64,000 bases of DNA from positions 192,001-256,000 of the forward strand of contig OY843768.1 of assembly GCA_963693095.2 (NCBI GenBank), written 5' to 3'. The stretch is from Cenarchaeum sp. (GTDB taxonomy: Archaea; Thermoproteota; Nitrososphaeria; Nitrososphaerales; Nitrosopumilaceae). Every line of letters starts with the position of its first letter. Positions within the stretch are counted from its first letter, which is position 1. This document shows positions 29,529 through 38,774 of the stretch, in pieces. Below the pieces are notes generated by a model. That model saw nothing but the letters and a program-made list of their open reading frames with translations, searched no databases and was not told the origin of the DNA. Made by a program: the position numbers and the translations under genes.

Positions 29529-32171
29529 TTGGACACAACCCAGACCCAAACCCCGATCGAGGCGATCAGAAAACGCAATGGGGAGACGGCCACATTTGAT
29601 CGCACAAAGATCACCAGCGCAATAGAAAAGGCGTTCACCGCAGTCGGCCGCAGCGATCCAGAGGAGGCCGAGCGCCTGACCGAGAAGGTCATCAAAAAGC
29701 TCTACGTGCAGGGCTTTTCGGTCTCAAAGCCGAGCGTGGAGGACATCCAGGACATGGTCGAGTCGACGCTCATCGAGAACGAGCACAGCACGGTGGCCAA
29801 GGCGTTCATACTGTACAGGCACGAGCGCCGCAAGGTTCGCGACGAAAAGATGCGCGTCCTCAACACGGCATCCCTGGATCCCGTGGCCTCGGACTTTGAT
29901 GTCAACTCGCTGAGGGTCCTTGCGTCACGATACCTGCTGCGCAACAACCGCAGCGAGATAACCGAGTCGCCCTCGCAGATGTTCAGGCGCGTCGCCGTGC
30001 TCGTGAGCATAGCCGATGTCCTGCATGACCCGAGAATCTTTGAGCGCGACGGCAGGCACACGCAGAGCGTGGACGAGGCAGAGTCGTACATATCAAAGCT
30101 TGACAGCTTTGACCAAAAATTCCGCATAGGCGAGGATTATCTCAACAAGTGGCACTTTAGGGCGCTCATCAAGCACTATATCGCGCTTGCGCGCACGGGA
30201 TCGATGAAGATAGGCTTCAAGGACCTCCTGACGATGCTCGCGAGCAAAAAGTTCGACTCGTGCGCATCAAAGATTGAAGAGTACTATGACCTCATGGTGT
30301 CACAGGACTTTTTGCCAAACTCGCCGACGATGATGAACGCCGGATGCAGGCTCGGCCAGCTCTCGGCGTGCTTTGTGCTTGACATGCCTGACAACATGGA
30401 GGGGATCATGAAGTCGACGGCTGATGCGGCACTCATATTCCAGTCCGGCGGCGGTGTCGGCATCAACTATTCGCGCCTTCGACAGGAGGGCGACATTGTC
30501 GCATCGACGTCCGGTGTGGCATCAGGCCCAGTATCTTTCATGAACATCATAAACACGGTGACCGAGGTGGTAAAGCAGGGCGGAAAGCGCAGGGGCGCCA
30601 ACATGGGCATAATGGAGTCGTGGCATCCGGACGTTGAAAAGTTCGTGACAAACAAGACAAAGCCCGGCGTCCTTGAGAACTTTAACGTGAGCGTCGGGAT
30701 TTGGGCCGACTTTTGGAAGGCGCTCGTGGGCGGCGGCGACTCAAAGTACGTCCTGCGCAGTCCCCGTGACAGGTCTCCTGTGGGGGAGATCAGCGCGCAG
30801 CACCTCATAGACTCGATCGCCCAGTCGGCATGGAAGAGCGCCGAGCCGGGCCTCATATTCTTTGATCAGATAAACAAGTACAACGTCTTTGCCAAGGCCC
30901 GCGGCGAGCCGCTAAAGGCGACAAACCCGTGCGGTGAGCAGAGCCTATACCCGTACGAGTCATGCAACCTCGGCTCGATAAACCTCGCCAACCTCGTCAA
31001 GCGCCGTGCTGATGGCGAGTATGACTTTGACTGGCAGCGCTACGAGGAGGCCATCCGCAAGACGACAAGATTCCTCGACCACATCATCGACGTCAACCTC
31101 TATCCGATCACCGAGATCGACAAGGCCTCAAAGGACTCGCGCCGCATCGGCCTCGGCGTCATGGGCGTCGCAGACCTCCTCTACAAGCTGCGCATACCAT
31201 ACAACTCAAAGGAGGGCTATGACATGCAGTCAAAGCTCGCCGAGGCACTGACATACTATTCGATGGAGGAGAGTGTCGCAATAGCAAAGTCGCTTGGCGC
31301 CTTCCCGCTGTGCTCAAAGACCGAATATGCCGAGGGCAAGATACCTGTCGCCGCATACTATGAAAAGCCAAAGGAGCTCCACACGTACGACTGGGATGCG
31401 CTCATTGAAAAGATAAAGGTTCATGGCATACGCAACGTGCTCACGACGACTGTCGCGCCAACAGGCACGCTCTCGATGATAGCGCAGTGCTCCAACGGCA
31501 TGGAGCCAATGTTTGCGCTCGTCTTTGAAAAGCGCGTCACAGTCGGCAAGTTCCTCTACGCAAACAAGGTTCTCGAGGGAGTCTTGCGCGAGAACGGCAT
31601 GTACTCTGATGAGACGCTCGCGGCCGTGGCGTCCAACTATGGCTCGATGCGCGGCCTTGACTCGGTTCCCGAGTGGATGCAGAACGTGTTTGTGACGGCA
31701 ATGGACATACACTGGTCTGACCACCTCCTCGCGCAGGCCGTTTGGCAGCAGTGGATAGGCAACGCGATTGCAAAGACGATAAACATGCCATACGACGTGA
31801 CCGTGGATGACGTAAAGGCCGCGTACCTCCTGGCGCACGAGCTCGGCCTAAAGGGCATCACGATATACCGTGACGGCTCGCGCCACACGCAGGTTCTACA
31901 CATGACTGACGAGGGCGCCGAGAAAAAGTTCGACGTGCGCCCAAGCGAGTTTGTCACCGAGTTCGTCTCTGCGAACATAAAGAACGCGTACGTGCGCGAG
32001 CAGGTCGACAGGGCACTCGAGCTGCGCGCGCCCTCTGAGCACGCCCTGGAGACTGCCCCGACTGAGGTTCCCGAGGAGTCCCTCTGCCCGACGTGCAAGA
32101 ACACGCTCGTCTTTGCCGAGGGCTGCAACATCTGCATAGAGTGCGGCTTTAGCGGCTGCACGTCTGGCTAG
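29529..32171 (+). CDS. nrdJ: Adenosylcobalamin-dependent (class II) ribonucleotide reductase with ATP-cone
   Basis: IRKRNG ATP-cone, PNSPT, LSACF, TNPCGEQ, CNLGSINL, APTGT, KTIN, C-terminal Zn finger. Confidence 0.95.
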   Translation: MDTTQTQTPIEAIRKRNGETATFDRTKITSAIEKAFTAVGRSDPEEAERLTEKVIKKLYVQGFSVSKPSVEDIQDMVESTLIENEHSTVAKAFILYRHERRKVRDEKMRVLNTASLDPVASDFDVNSLRVLASRYLLRNNRSEITESPSQMFRRVAVLVSIADVLHDPRIFERDGRHTQSVDEAESYISKLDSFDQKFRIGEDYLNKWHFRALIKHYIALARTGSMKIGFKDLLTMLASKKFDSCASKIEEYYDLMVSQDFLPNSPTMMNAGCRLGQLSACFVLDMPDNMEGIMKSTADAALIFQSGGGVGINYSRLRQEGDIVASTSGVASGPVSFMNIINTVTEVVKQGGKRRGANMGIMESWHPDVEKFVTNKTKPGVLENFNVSVGIWADFWKALVGGGDSKYVLRSPRDRSPVGEISAQHLIDSIAQSAWKSAEPGLIFFDQINKYNVFAKARGEPLKATNPCGEQSLYPYESCNLGSINLANLVKRRADGEYDFDWQRYEEAIRKTTRFLDHIIDVNLYPITEIDKASKDSRRIGLGVMGVADLLYKLRIPYNSKEGYDMQSKLAEALTYYSMEESVAIAKSLGAFPLCSKTEYAEGKIPVAAYYEKPKELHTYDWDALIEKIKVHGIRNVLTTTVAPTGTLSMIAQCSNGMEPMFALVFEKRVTVGKFLYANKVLEGVLRENGMYSDETLAAVASNYGSMRGLDSVPEWMQNVFVTAMDIHWSDHLLAQAVWQQWIGNAIAKTINMPYDVTVDDVKAAYLLAHELGLKGITIYRDGSRHTQVLHMTDEGAEKKFDVRPSEFVTEFVSANIKNAYVREQVDRALELRAPSEHALETAPTEVPEESLCPTCKNTLVFAEGCNICIECGFSGCTSG

Positions 32172-32234
32172 GCCGCGCGTGGCCCACGCCCAATCGCAGC
32201 GTTTTTACAAGTATGCTGATCGCCCCGTGCGCAC

Positions 32235-33353
32235 ATGAGGACAGCCACGCTCGTCGTCGCCCTTGCAGTCTCGGCGGCCACGCTTGCGGCCGGAATCGCG
32301 TTCATCCTGGCTCCGGCCATGACCGCCGATGACGGGCCCATGGCCGGCCAGGGCATGCCGACAGACGTGGCGCTGCCGGACAGCTTTGGCGTCATCGTCA
32401 ACACGCCGGGCCGCGAGGCGAGCATCCTGGAGCTCAACTCGCTCTATGCCAAGGTCGCCGGCCTGGGAGCCACGCGCAGCAACGTGTACGTGTTCTGGAA
32501 CGCCCTAGAGCCCTCGCCGCGCGAGTACGCCTGGGCCCAGACGGATGCGATCATGACGATGCACGAGAGGCACGACCTTGCGGCGACACTCTTCTTTTCG
32601 CTGGTCAACGGGCGCACGCTCGGGCCACTGCCTGACTGGATGGGGCACCCGACGCTTGATGCCATACCGCCTGATGACGTCTCATCGGCGATCGGCGCAA
32701 TCCTTGCGAGATACCCGAGAATCGACACCGTCGTCATGGCCGGCGAGGCCGATTCGCACTTTGAGCGGTATCCGGGCATGCTCGATGCGTACAATGACCT
32801 CTTTGAGGATGTTCGCGACGACCTTGCCGCCGAGCACCCCGACGTCATGGTGGGAAACGCCATCTCCCTTGACCGCATCATCAACCGCGGCAATGAGCGC
32901 ATCGTCTCGGATCTTGCAGCGGGGGACTTTGTCGCCTTTACGTACCGGCCGCTAAACCTGCTCAACGAGGTCTCGCGCACGCCGCAGGATGCCATCGGCG
33001 ACATGGAGACGATGCTTCGCATCACCGGCGGCCAGCGCGTCGCGCTGCTCGAGGCCGGATGGAGCTCGTCTGCGGACATTGGCGGGGATCCCGTAGACCA
33101 GGCCGAGTTTGCCGTCGCGCTCTCCGAGCTCGCGTCCTCAGAGCCCCGCCTCGAGTTCGTCACGTGGTACAGGCTCCATGACAGGCCGGCGGGCTCATGC
33201 GATGTCGGACCGATAGACGATGACACCTCGCTCCTGAGCACCGACGGGGGCTCGTATGCCGCATCGAGCCTTGGGAGCTATATCTGCGGTGCTGGCCTCC
33301 TTGACGTTGATGGTGCGCCAAAGCCGGCGTGGGGCGCACTTGGCGGCCGCTGA
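32235..33353 (+). CDS. Membrane-anchored glycoside-hydrolase-like TIM barrel protein
   Basis: N-terminal anchor; W..LEP..EY.W, GE, LLEAGWSS, GLL..DG.PKPAW resemble clan GH-A. Confidence 0.6.
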   Translation: MRTATLVVALAVSAATLAAGIAFILAPAMTADDGPMAGQGMPTDVALPDSFGVIVNTPGREASILELNSLYAKVAGLGATRSNVYVFWNALEPSPREYAWAQTDAIMTMHERHDLAATLFFSLVNGRTLGPLPDWMGHPTLDAIPPDDVSSAIGAILARYPRIDTVVMAGEADSHFERYPGMLDAYNDLFEDVRDDLAAEHPDVMVGNAISLDRIINRGNERIVSDLAAGDFVAFTYRPLNLLNEVSRTPQDAIGDMETMLRITGGQRVALLEAGWSSSADIGGDPVDQAEFAVALSELASSEPRLEFVTWYRLHDRPAGSCDVGPIDDDTSLLSTDGGSYAASSLGSYICGAGLLDVDGAPKPAWGALGGR

Positions 33354-33485
33354 GGCGCAGGCTGCCATGCTGTCCTGCCGTGACATACTGCGGCCATGAC
33401 CCCGTGGCTGATCCCGCCCTGGCACGTCCGGTATGGCGCATGGGGAAAAAACAGTTAATTGCTGCGCGCCTGCGCCTGCGCCTGC

Positions 33486-33558
33486 GCGGTCATAGTATAG
33501 CCTGGTAGTACGCTGGCCTTCCAAGCCCGTCACCCGGGTTCGAATCCCGGTGACCGCA
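33486..33558 (+). tRNA. tRNA-Gly(TCC)
   Basis: GCGGTCA/TGACCGC acceptor stem, loop CT-TCC-AA, GTTCGAATC T-arm; one mismatch in the anticodon stem. Confidence 0.92.
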
Positions 33559-33600
33559 CCCACAACACTTAACGCACCCCCAGCGTGCGCACACACCCTG

Positions 33601-33993
33601 ATGCGCCAGAACCGAAAGGCAGTCGCCCTTGAGAGGATGCGCACGCTCGTGGCCAATGCCTCGGCAAACCTGCGCGCCGAGCCTGCCCTGGCCGAGCGCC
33701 AGGCGGCCCTCGCATGGAGGATATGCACGCACACGCGGACGCGCATGCCATACGAGCTTCGCATGGCGTTCTGCCGTAAGTGCAAGAGCTTTGTGGGGTA
33801 TGGCCGGCACGTGCGCATACGCGTCGGCAACGGCGAGGTTCGCCTGACCTGCGGCCTCTGCGGGCACGTGCGCCGCAAGGTGCTGCCTAGAGTCAGCACC
33901 ACTGGTTCTGCCTGCTCAAATGGGCGCGATTCCGCCGATCCATCTGGCACAGGGGCACCAGACGGGACAGCGGGCCTGCCGCGCCCTGGATAG
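33601..33993 (+). CDS. rnp4: Ribonuclease P protein component 4 (Rpp21) with MITE-derived C-terminal extension
   Basis: ALERMRTL, FCRKC, LTCGLCGHVRR; last ~35 codons lie in MITE-like DNA. Confidence 0.88.
   Translation: MRQNRKAVALERMRTLVANASANLRAEPALAERQAALAWRICTHTRTRMPYELRMAFCRKCKSFVGYGRHVRIRVGNGEVRLTCGLCGHVRRKVLPRVSTTGSACSNGRDSADPSGTGAPDGTAGLPRPG
33888..33950 (+). mobile_element. Degenerate IS66-derived MITE copy at the 3' end of rpp21
   Basis: agtcagcacc...ctcaaatgggcgcgattccgccgatccat matches ggtcagcacc...gtcaaataggcgcgatcctaccgatccat at 45245-45297. Confidence 0.7.
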
Positions 33994-34195
33994 AGCCGCC
34001 ACGCGCACGTTCCTGGCAGATGGCCGACCATGTGGTCGTGCCGCCACGTCCGGTGCCTGCCATGAAACTGCGTGCAGTCGATCCGTCACGGCGCCAGGGA
34101 CACCCGCTGGCCACTCCGGGCACAGGCCATTGCCAATCCCGGCATCAGGAGGGCACACAACTACAATGGAGACCGGGCGGGTCATTCACGTCCCG

Positions 34196-34432
34196 TCAAA
34201 ACTCCACTCTTACACTTATGCTGCTGACGTCCCTGCCCGCCAGCTCTATGAGCTCGTCCATGCGCGCCACGGCGTCGTCAGCGGAGGCAACCTCGCGCTC
34301 CCCGATATGGTGATATGCCGCATACGGCGAGGCGTCGCTCACCTTGCAGTCGTGCATCAGGGCCATTGTGCGCGCACACGCCTCCTTGTCGTCCTCGTTG
34401 CGGCATAAAACGCGAAACCATGCCTTTGCCAT
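34196..34432 (-). CDS. Small hypothetical protein
   Basis: MAKAWFRVLC...VRVEF, 78 aa; AATATAT box upstream. Confidence 0.55.
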   Translation of the reverse strand: MAKAWFRVLCRNEDDKEACARTMALMHDCKVSDASPYAAYHHIGEREVASADDAVARMDELIELAGRDVSSISVRVEF

Positions 34433-34516
34433 GACACACCGGCGAGTATGCGCGAGATATATTACCGATTGGGCGGATCCCGCGCGTGAGACCAGCATCC
34501 CACTGCCCACTTGTTC

Positions 34517-35625
34517 TATACTCACGAGCTAAAGTTCGTGTGACCTTCCACGACCTTCCTGTTCAGGTATGCGTAGATGTTCAGGTTGAACCGCTTGGTC
34601 CTGAGGTACTCGCCGACCGCGATCCTCAGCTCGTCCAGGGTTCGTGGTTGCCCCGGGACCCTGACGTCCCTCTTGAGTATGCGCCACGTCCCCTCGATGG
34701 CGCTTAGCTGCGGGGATCCCACCGGCAGCTCGATGAGCTTGATCTCGCCGTTGGCGCGCAGCAGGTTCTTGACCGCCCCCGCGCGGTGCTGGGGAGCCCT
34801 GTCGACGATGACGGCGATCTTGCCGAACTTCCCGTGCAGCTCCGCAAGGTACTGCGCGAACGTGTCCGCGTTGAACTTGTCGCGCGTCCGGAACGCCTGC
34901 CGCCCGTCCTCGGCGATCGCCCCGTACACGACGATCCGCTCGTGGCTCCCGGTGTACGGCTCGTAGACGGGCACCGTGCGCGGCGTCCAGTGCGTCGCCA
35001 TGCCCCCGGCGTCGTTCACGATGATCGACTCGTCCTGCACCAGCATCGTGTATCCCGCGCGCGCCAGGCGTGGCGCCGCCCCCGCAAGGCGCCGCTGCCA
35101 GCTGCGGACGGCGGACGCGCTCGCCCTGTTGACGTGGGCCTTTCGCGGCCTCTTGCGCGAGAGGCCGAACTCGCGCATGAGCCTCCTCACGCTGGCTATG
35201 TGGAACAGTGTCCCCGCCGCCCCGGCGATCCTGTCGCGGACCGCGGCCGGGGTCGTGGGGGATCCCGACGCGTCGGCGAGGATCCCGTCGAGCGCCGTTC
35301 GCGGCACGGCCAGCGGCCTCCCGGAGCGCGGGAGGTCGCGGAGGGCGGGAAGCCCGCCCTCCCGGTACCGCGCAACCCACTTGCCGACCCACCCCGGGCA
35401 CCGCATCAGCGTGTCCGCCGTGTCCTCGTGCGTCATGCCCATGTTGACCACGCAGTGCACGGCGAGCATCCTGTCCCTCACGTGCCCGCTCTTCTCGCTG
35501 TGGTGCGCGTCCCTCAGCTCCTCCCGCTTCCGGTCGTCCATGCCCTGGCGCGGGAGGGGGCGATCAATATAGCTGCGGGGTCGGGGAAACTTGATCATCT
35601 ATACGAACTTTAGCTCGTGAGTATA
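34517..35625 (-). mobile_element. Complete IS630-family insertion sequence
   Basis: 23-bp perfect inverted repeats TATACTCACGAGCTAAAGTTCGT (34517-34539 / 35603-35625) including the TA target. Confidence 0.93.
34522..35598 (-). CDS. IS630-family transposase (single ORF, DDE intact)
   Basis: HTH (W..RYREGG..L.D.PRSGRP), QDES, VDRAPQH, SPQLSAIE. Confidence 0.93.
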   Translation of the reverse strand: MIKFPRPRSYIDRPLPRQGMDDRKREELRDAHHSEKSGHVRDRMLAVHCVVNMGMTHEDTADTLMRCPGWVGKWVARYREGGLPALRDLPRSGRPLAVPRTALDGILADASGSPTTPAAVRDRIAGAAGTLFHIASVRRLMREFGLSRKRPRKAHVNRASASAVRSWQRRLAGAAPRLARAGYTMLVQDESIIVNDAGGMATHWTPRTVPVYEPYTGSHERIVVYGAIAEDGRQAFRTRDKFNADTFAQYLAELHGKFGKIAVIVDRAPQHRAGAVKNLLRANGEIKLIELPVGSPQLSAIEGTWRILKRDVRVPGQPRTLDELRIAVGEYLRTKRFNLNIYAYLNRKVVEGHTNFSS

Positions 35626-35922
35626 GGTGCGATCCTGCCGGTCTGCACCTGCCGAGTCGGCGCCTGTCTGGGCATGAGCGAGCCGTGGTGTTGAGCTCGT
35701 ACAGGGCACTGCCTGGCGTTGTTTCATAACCACGCTTAGGCGCCATCCGGCAGGCTCCGCGGCTCCGCTCCGCGCACGGCGCGCGGCTGCCACTACCGAA
35801 ACACAAATGGATCGGATCGCGCGGCTGCAACGCGTTGGCGAGCGACCGGAACGCAAAATACGTTGACAGGGATCGGGCGCAAGTAGCGGCTGAGCAACCG
35901 TGGCGAGTGGCTGCGGGACAAC

Positions 35923-36084
35923 GGCTACGGCCGGAGGTCGTCGGCAGAGACGGCGTTCTCCACGATCAAGCTGGTGTTCCGCGACCACGTGATGGCGCGG
36001 AACTGGGGCCAGGTGGTTCGCGAGCTGGTCTTCATGGCGTACGCGTACAACCGGCTGATCGACATGGCGGGCGATCCGTGGTGA
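35923..36084 (+). pseudogene. IS5-family transposase C-terminal remnant
   Basis: GYGRRSSAETAFSTIKLVFRDHVMARNW..VRELV..YAYNRL matches the IS5 Y-(2)-R-(3)-E-(6)-K signature. Confidence 0.82.
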
Positions 36085-36220
36085 GCCGCGGGAAGCGCGG
36101 CCTGTGGCGCCATGCGTGGCGCTCGTGGTCACTGGCTGTGAAACAACGTCCACCGGCGGCGCTCTTTATATGATGCCGAGCTGACAGTCGTGCGTGAGAT
36201 CTGCGATTGGGCTGCAGCAC

Positions 36221-38185
36221 ATGGCTAGGCTTGTGCCGGCCTTGGCCGCCGTGGCGGCCGCAATCGCCATGGCCGCCGCGCCTGCGGCGCTGGCGCAGCC
36301 CGGCGGCGCGCCGGGACTCGAGGCGCTCGTCGCCTGCGAGCCCAGGGGCACGCTCGTGGCGTTTATGGCGTCTAGCGAGCCCTACAGGATCGCCCTTCGC
36401 TCCGCCGGCGCCGCGGACGGCGAGGTGTCGTTCTCGCTCCGCGTGCTCCGGGTCGCGCACTGGACGGCGCAGGACGGCGACACGGGCGGCTCGCGGGTTG
36501 CCCTGGACGACCACGGGGCCGGCATGGCCACGGTCACCGTGGACAGGTCCGCCGCCGGCGAGCGCCTCGTGGAGATCACCGCGTCCGGCGCGCGCGGCGA
36601 GTCGCGGGCCGTGCACCTGCTGCGCATACTGCCCGCCTCCACGGCGGATCGGGACGCTGGCGCGCACAACTCCGAGCCCGAGCTCGAGGTGCTCCTCGGC
36701 GGCGTGCCGGTGCGGCGCGTGGACCTCGCCGAGTCGCCGGGGATCGCGTGCGTGGAGCTGAGGGCGCCGGACGCCGAGGGCGACGCGGTGGCCTTTTCGC
36801 TCAGGGTTCGGGAGACTGTGCCACTGGATCCCCTGGCAGGGGCGGGCATGCCGCCGGTGCTGGTAGACCACGGCGACGGGACGGCGACGGTCATGGTGGA
36901 CAGGTCTGCCGCCGGCGAGCGCCTCGTGGAGATCGCCGCCTCGGACATGCGCGGCGAGGGGTGGGACGCGTACGCGCTGGGCATGCTGTCCGCCGATGCC
37001 GGCGTCCGCCTCCTCCCGCGCGAGCAGCCCGTGCCCCAGTGGGACGCGTACGAGCTGCGCGTGCTCCCCGCCGATGCGGGCAGCCGGCCGCATGGCCACG
37101 CCGGCGGCCTCCCGCACGCCGTGGAGGGCAGGTCCACCGCCGGCGCCCCGCTGCCGCCGCGCCTCGTGGCCCAGGCGCACCGGCAGATGTGCCCGGACAC
37201 GCCGCACACGGCGGACACGTGGGGCGTGGACAGCCATCACCACAAGGACGTGCACAGGCTTGACTGGTCGGTGCGCCCCGCCATGTCCGGCGTGCCGCCG
37301 ATAGAGGGCACGTCAAAACAGAATGCCGGAATTTTTTACACTGATGGCAGAAACCCCTTTGACATCGGGGAGCGGAATTGGTGGGCGTGTCATACGCGAG
37401 CGTCGTTCGGGACTCAGGTGCCCCAGTGGGTAGTCCTGTGCGACGTGCCGGGCGATGACAGGACGCATTACTATATCCGAAATGACGCACCATCGGATTC
37501 GCCTCGTTCTCCAAAGTTGATAAACCCATACACGGGAAACATTGCGGATTTTGATAATAGCCCGCCCCGCACATATGCCGCAGCCCAGGAGCCACAATGG
37601 GTCAAATATAATAAAGATGATGTGCCCAAAAAGTCTGACATCTACAGGCAAATTCGCCCTGACGCGTACGTTCCTCCCAACCAACTGTTTGTAAAATCAG
37701 GGAATCATGCCATCTCCATTCACGCCTGGGTCGACGGCACATACTCCTCGGTGCCGGAGCTCCTCCCGTTCTCGGACAGGGTGGTGTTCCGGGCGACCGC
37801 ATTCCATGCGGATGACGTGACGTTCCACATAGTGGCGCTCAAGAGCATTCTCGGCGCGCCGGAGGGGAGGTCGCACGCGCTGGTAAACGGCATCCCGGCA
37901 CCGCTGAATACCGAGTCGATATGGCGATCCCCCGACGATGCGGAGATCCACGTTCCTGTCAGGGTGTCTGACATTGCGAAGGGCAACGGCATCTACATCA
38001 GGGGAATCAACGACGACGAGCGCACGGGTGACGGGGTGGTCAGGGATCTCCACGAGATAGAGCTCGTGGCCGAGATACCAGTCGTTGTGCCCGACAAGCA
38101 CAGGTATGAACCCATAGACCCAGCCTTTGCCATCGAGCCGTGGGGCTGCTGGCCGCTCCTCAACGGCACGGCCTGGGTCCCCTAG
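36221..38185 (+). CDS. Secreted protein with duplicated Ig/cadherin-like repeats (transposon cargo)
   Basis: Signal peptide MARLVPALAAVAAAIAMAAAPAALA; repeated DHG.G.ATV.VDRSAAGERLVEI; TTTATAT box upstream. Confidence 0.75.
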   Translation: MARLVPALAAVAAAIAMAAAPAALAQPGGAPGLEALVACEPRGTLVAFMASSEPYRIALRSAGAADGEVSFSLRVLRVAHWTAQDGDTGGSRVALDDHGAGMATVTVDRSAAGERLVEITASGARGESRAVHLLRILPASTADRDAGAHNSEPELEVLLGGVPVRRVDLAESPGIACVELRAPDAEGDAVAFSLRVRETVPLDPLAGAGMPPVLVDHGDGTATVMVDRSAAGERLVEIAASDMRGEGWDAYALGMLSADAGVRLLPREQPVPQWDAYELRVLPADAGSRPHGHAGGLPHAVEGRSTAGAPLPPRLVAQAHRQMCPDTPHTADTWGVDSHHHKDVHRLDWSVRPAMSGVPPIEGTSKQNAGIFYTDGRNPFDIGERNWWACHTRASFGTQVPQWVVLCDVPGDDRTHYYIRNDAPSDSPRSPKLINPYTGNIADFDNSPPRTYAAAQEPQWVKYNKDDVPKKSDIYRQIRPDAYVPPNQLFVKSGNHAISIHAWVDGTYSSVPELLPFSDRVVFRATAFHADDVTFHIVALKSILGAPEGRSHALVNGIPAPLNTESIWRSPDDAEIHVPVRVSDIAKGNGIYIRGINDDERTGDGVVRDLHEIELVAEIPVVVPDKHRYEPIDPAFAIEPWGCWPLLNGTAWVP

Positions 38186-38308
38186 GCCCCGGGGTGACGG
38201 GCATGCACGCGGCTCCGGTGCGCACCGGTTTGGATCGCACGATCACCGGTTATGAAACAACGCCCACTGCCTCATTGATTTATAACCCGCCGCGCGCGCG
38301 CAGCCCCG

Positions 38309-38767
38309 TTGGCAAAGGCGTATGACGTTCCGGCAGACAGGCTTATCGCACGCCTCGCCTCTGACCTGAGGGCAGAGGGCGTGAGCGCGCCAAAGTGGAC
38401 ACCGTTCGTAAAGACCGGAGTTCACGCCGACAGGCCGCCGCACGAGCGCGACTGGTGGCACACGCGCTGCGCCTCGCTCCTTCGCAAGATATACCTCAAC
38501 GGCCCGATAGGCGTGGGCAGGCTCTGCGCAAAGTATGGCGGCGCGTCTCGCTCCTCGCACGGCTATGGCTCGGCGTACCACCGTGACGCCAGCGGTGCGA
38601 TCATACGCGGCGCGATCCATGCCCTCGAGTCCCTCGGGTACGTCGAGCGCCACTCGACTGGCGGGCGCATAATATCTAGCGCGGGGATGAAAAAGATCGA
38701 CGGCGTCGCCACGGAGATCCTCAAGGAGATGGCAGTCGACGAGCCGACCCTAGGGCTGTACAGATAG
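38309..38767 (+). CDS. rps19e: 30S ribosomal protein S19e
   Basis: PKWTPFVKTG, DWWHTRCASLLRKIY, SGAIIR. Confidence 0.95.
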   Translation: MAKAYDVPADRLIARLASDLRAEGVSAPKWTPFVKTGVHADRPPHERDWWHTRCASLLRKIYLNGPIGVGRLCAKYGGASRSSHGYGSAYHRDASGAIIRGAIHALESLGYVERHSTGGRIISSAGMKKIDGVATEILKEMAVDEPTLGLYR

Positions 38768-38774
38768 GCCGGCA

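Larger units (their letters stand above)
34484..35702 (+). mobile_element. IS66-derived MITE interrupted by IS630
   Basis: Left half gcgtgagaccagcatcccactgcccacttgttc and right half taggtgcgatcctgccgg...ggtgttgagctcgtac rejoin to ~112 bp, matching 46538-46650. Confidence 0.8.
35715..38264 (+). mobile_element. Non-autonomous IS5(IS903-like) element with cargo gene
   Basis: 17-bp perfect TIR GGCGTTGTTTCATAACC (35715-35731 / 38248-38264); 8-bp direct repeat CACTGCCT (35707-35714 / 38265-38272); inner degenerate right end at 36134-36150. Confidence 0.9.

Noticed and set aside
29529-32171. Intein in nrdJ
   Set aside because: Length and motif spacing are normal and no splicing motifs are seen.
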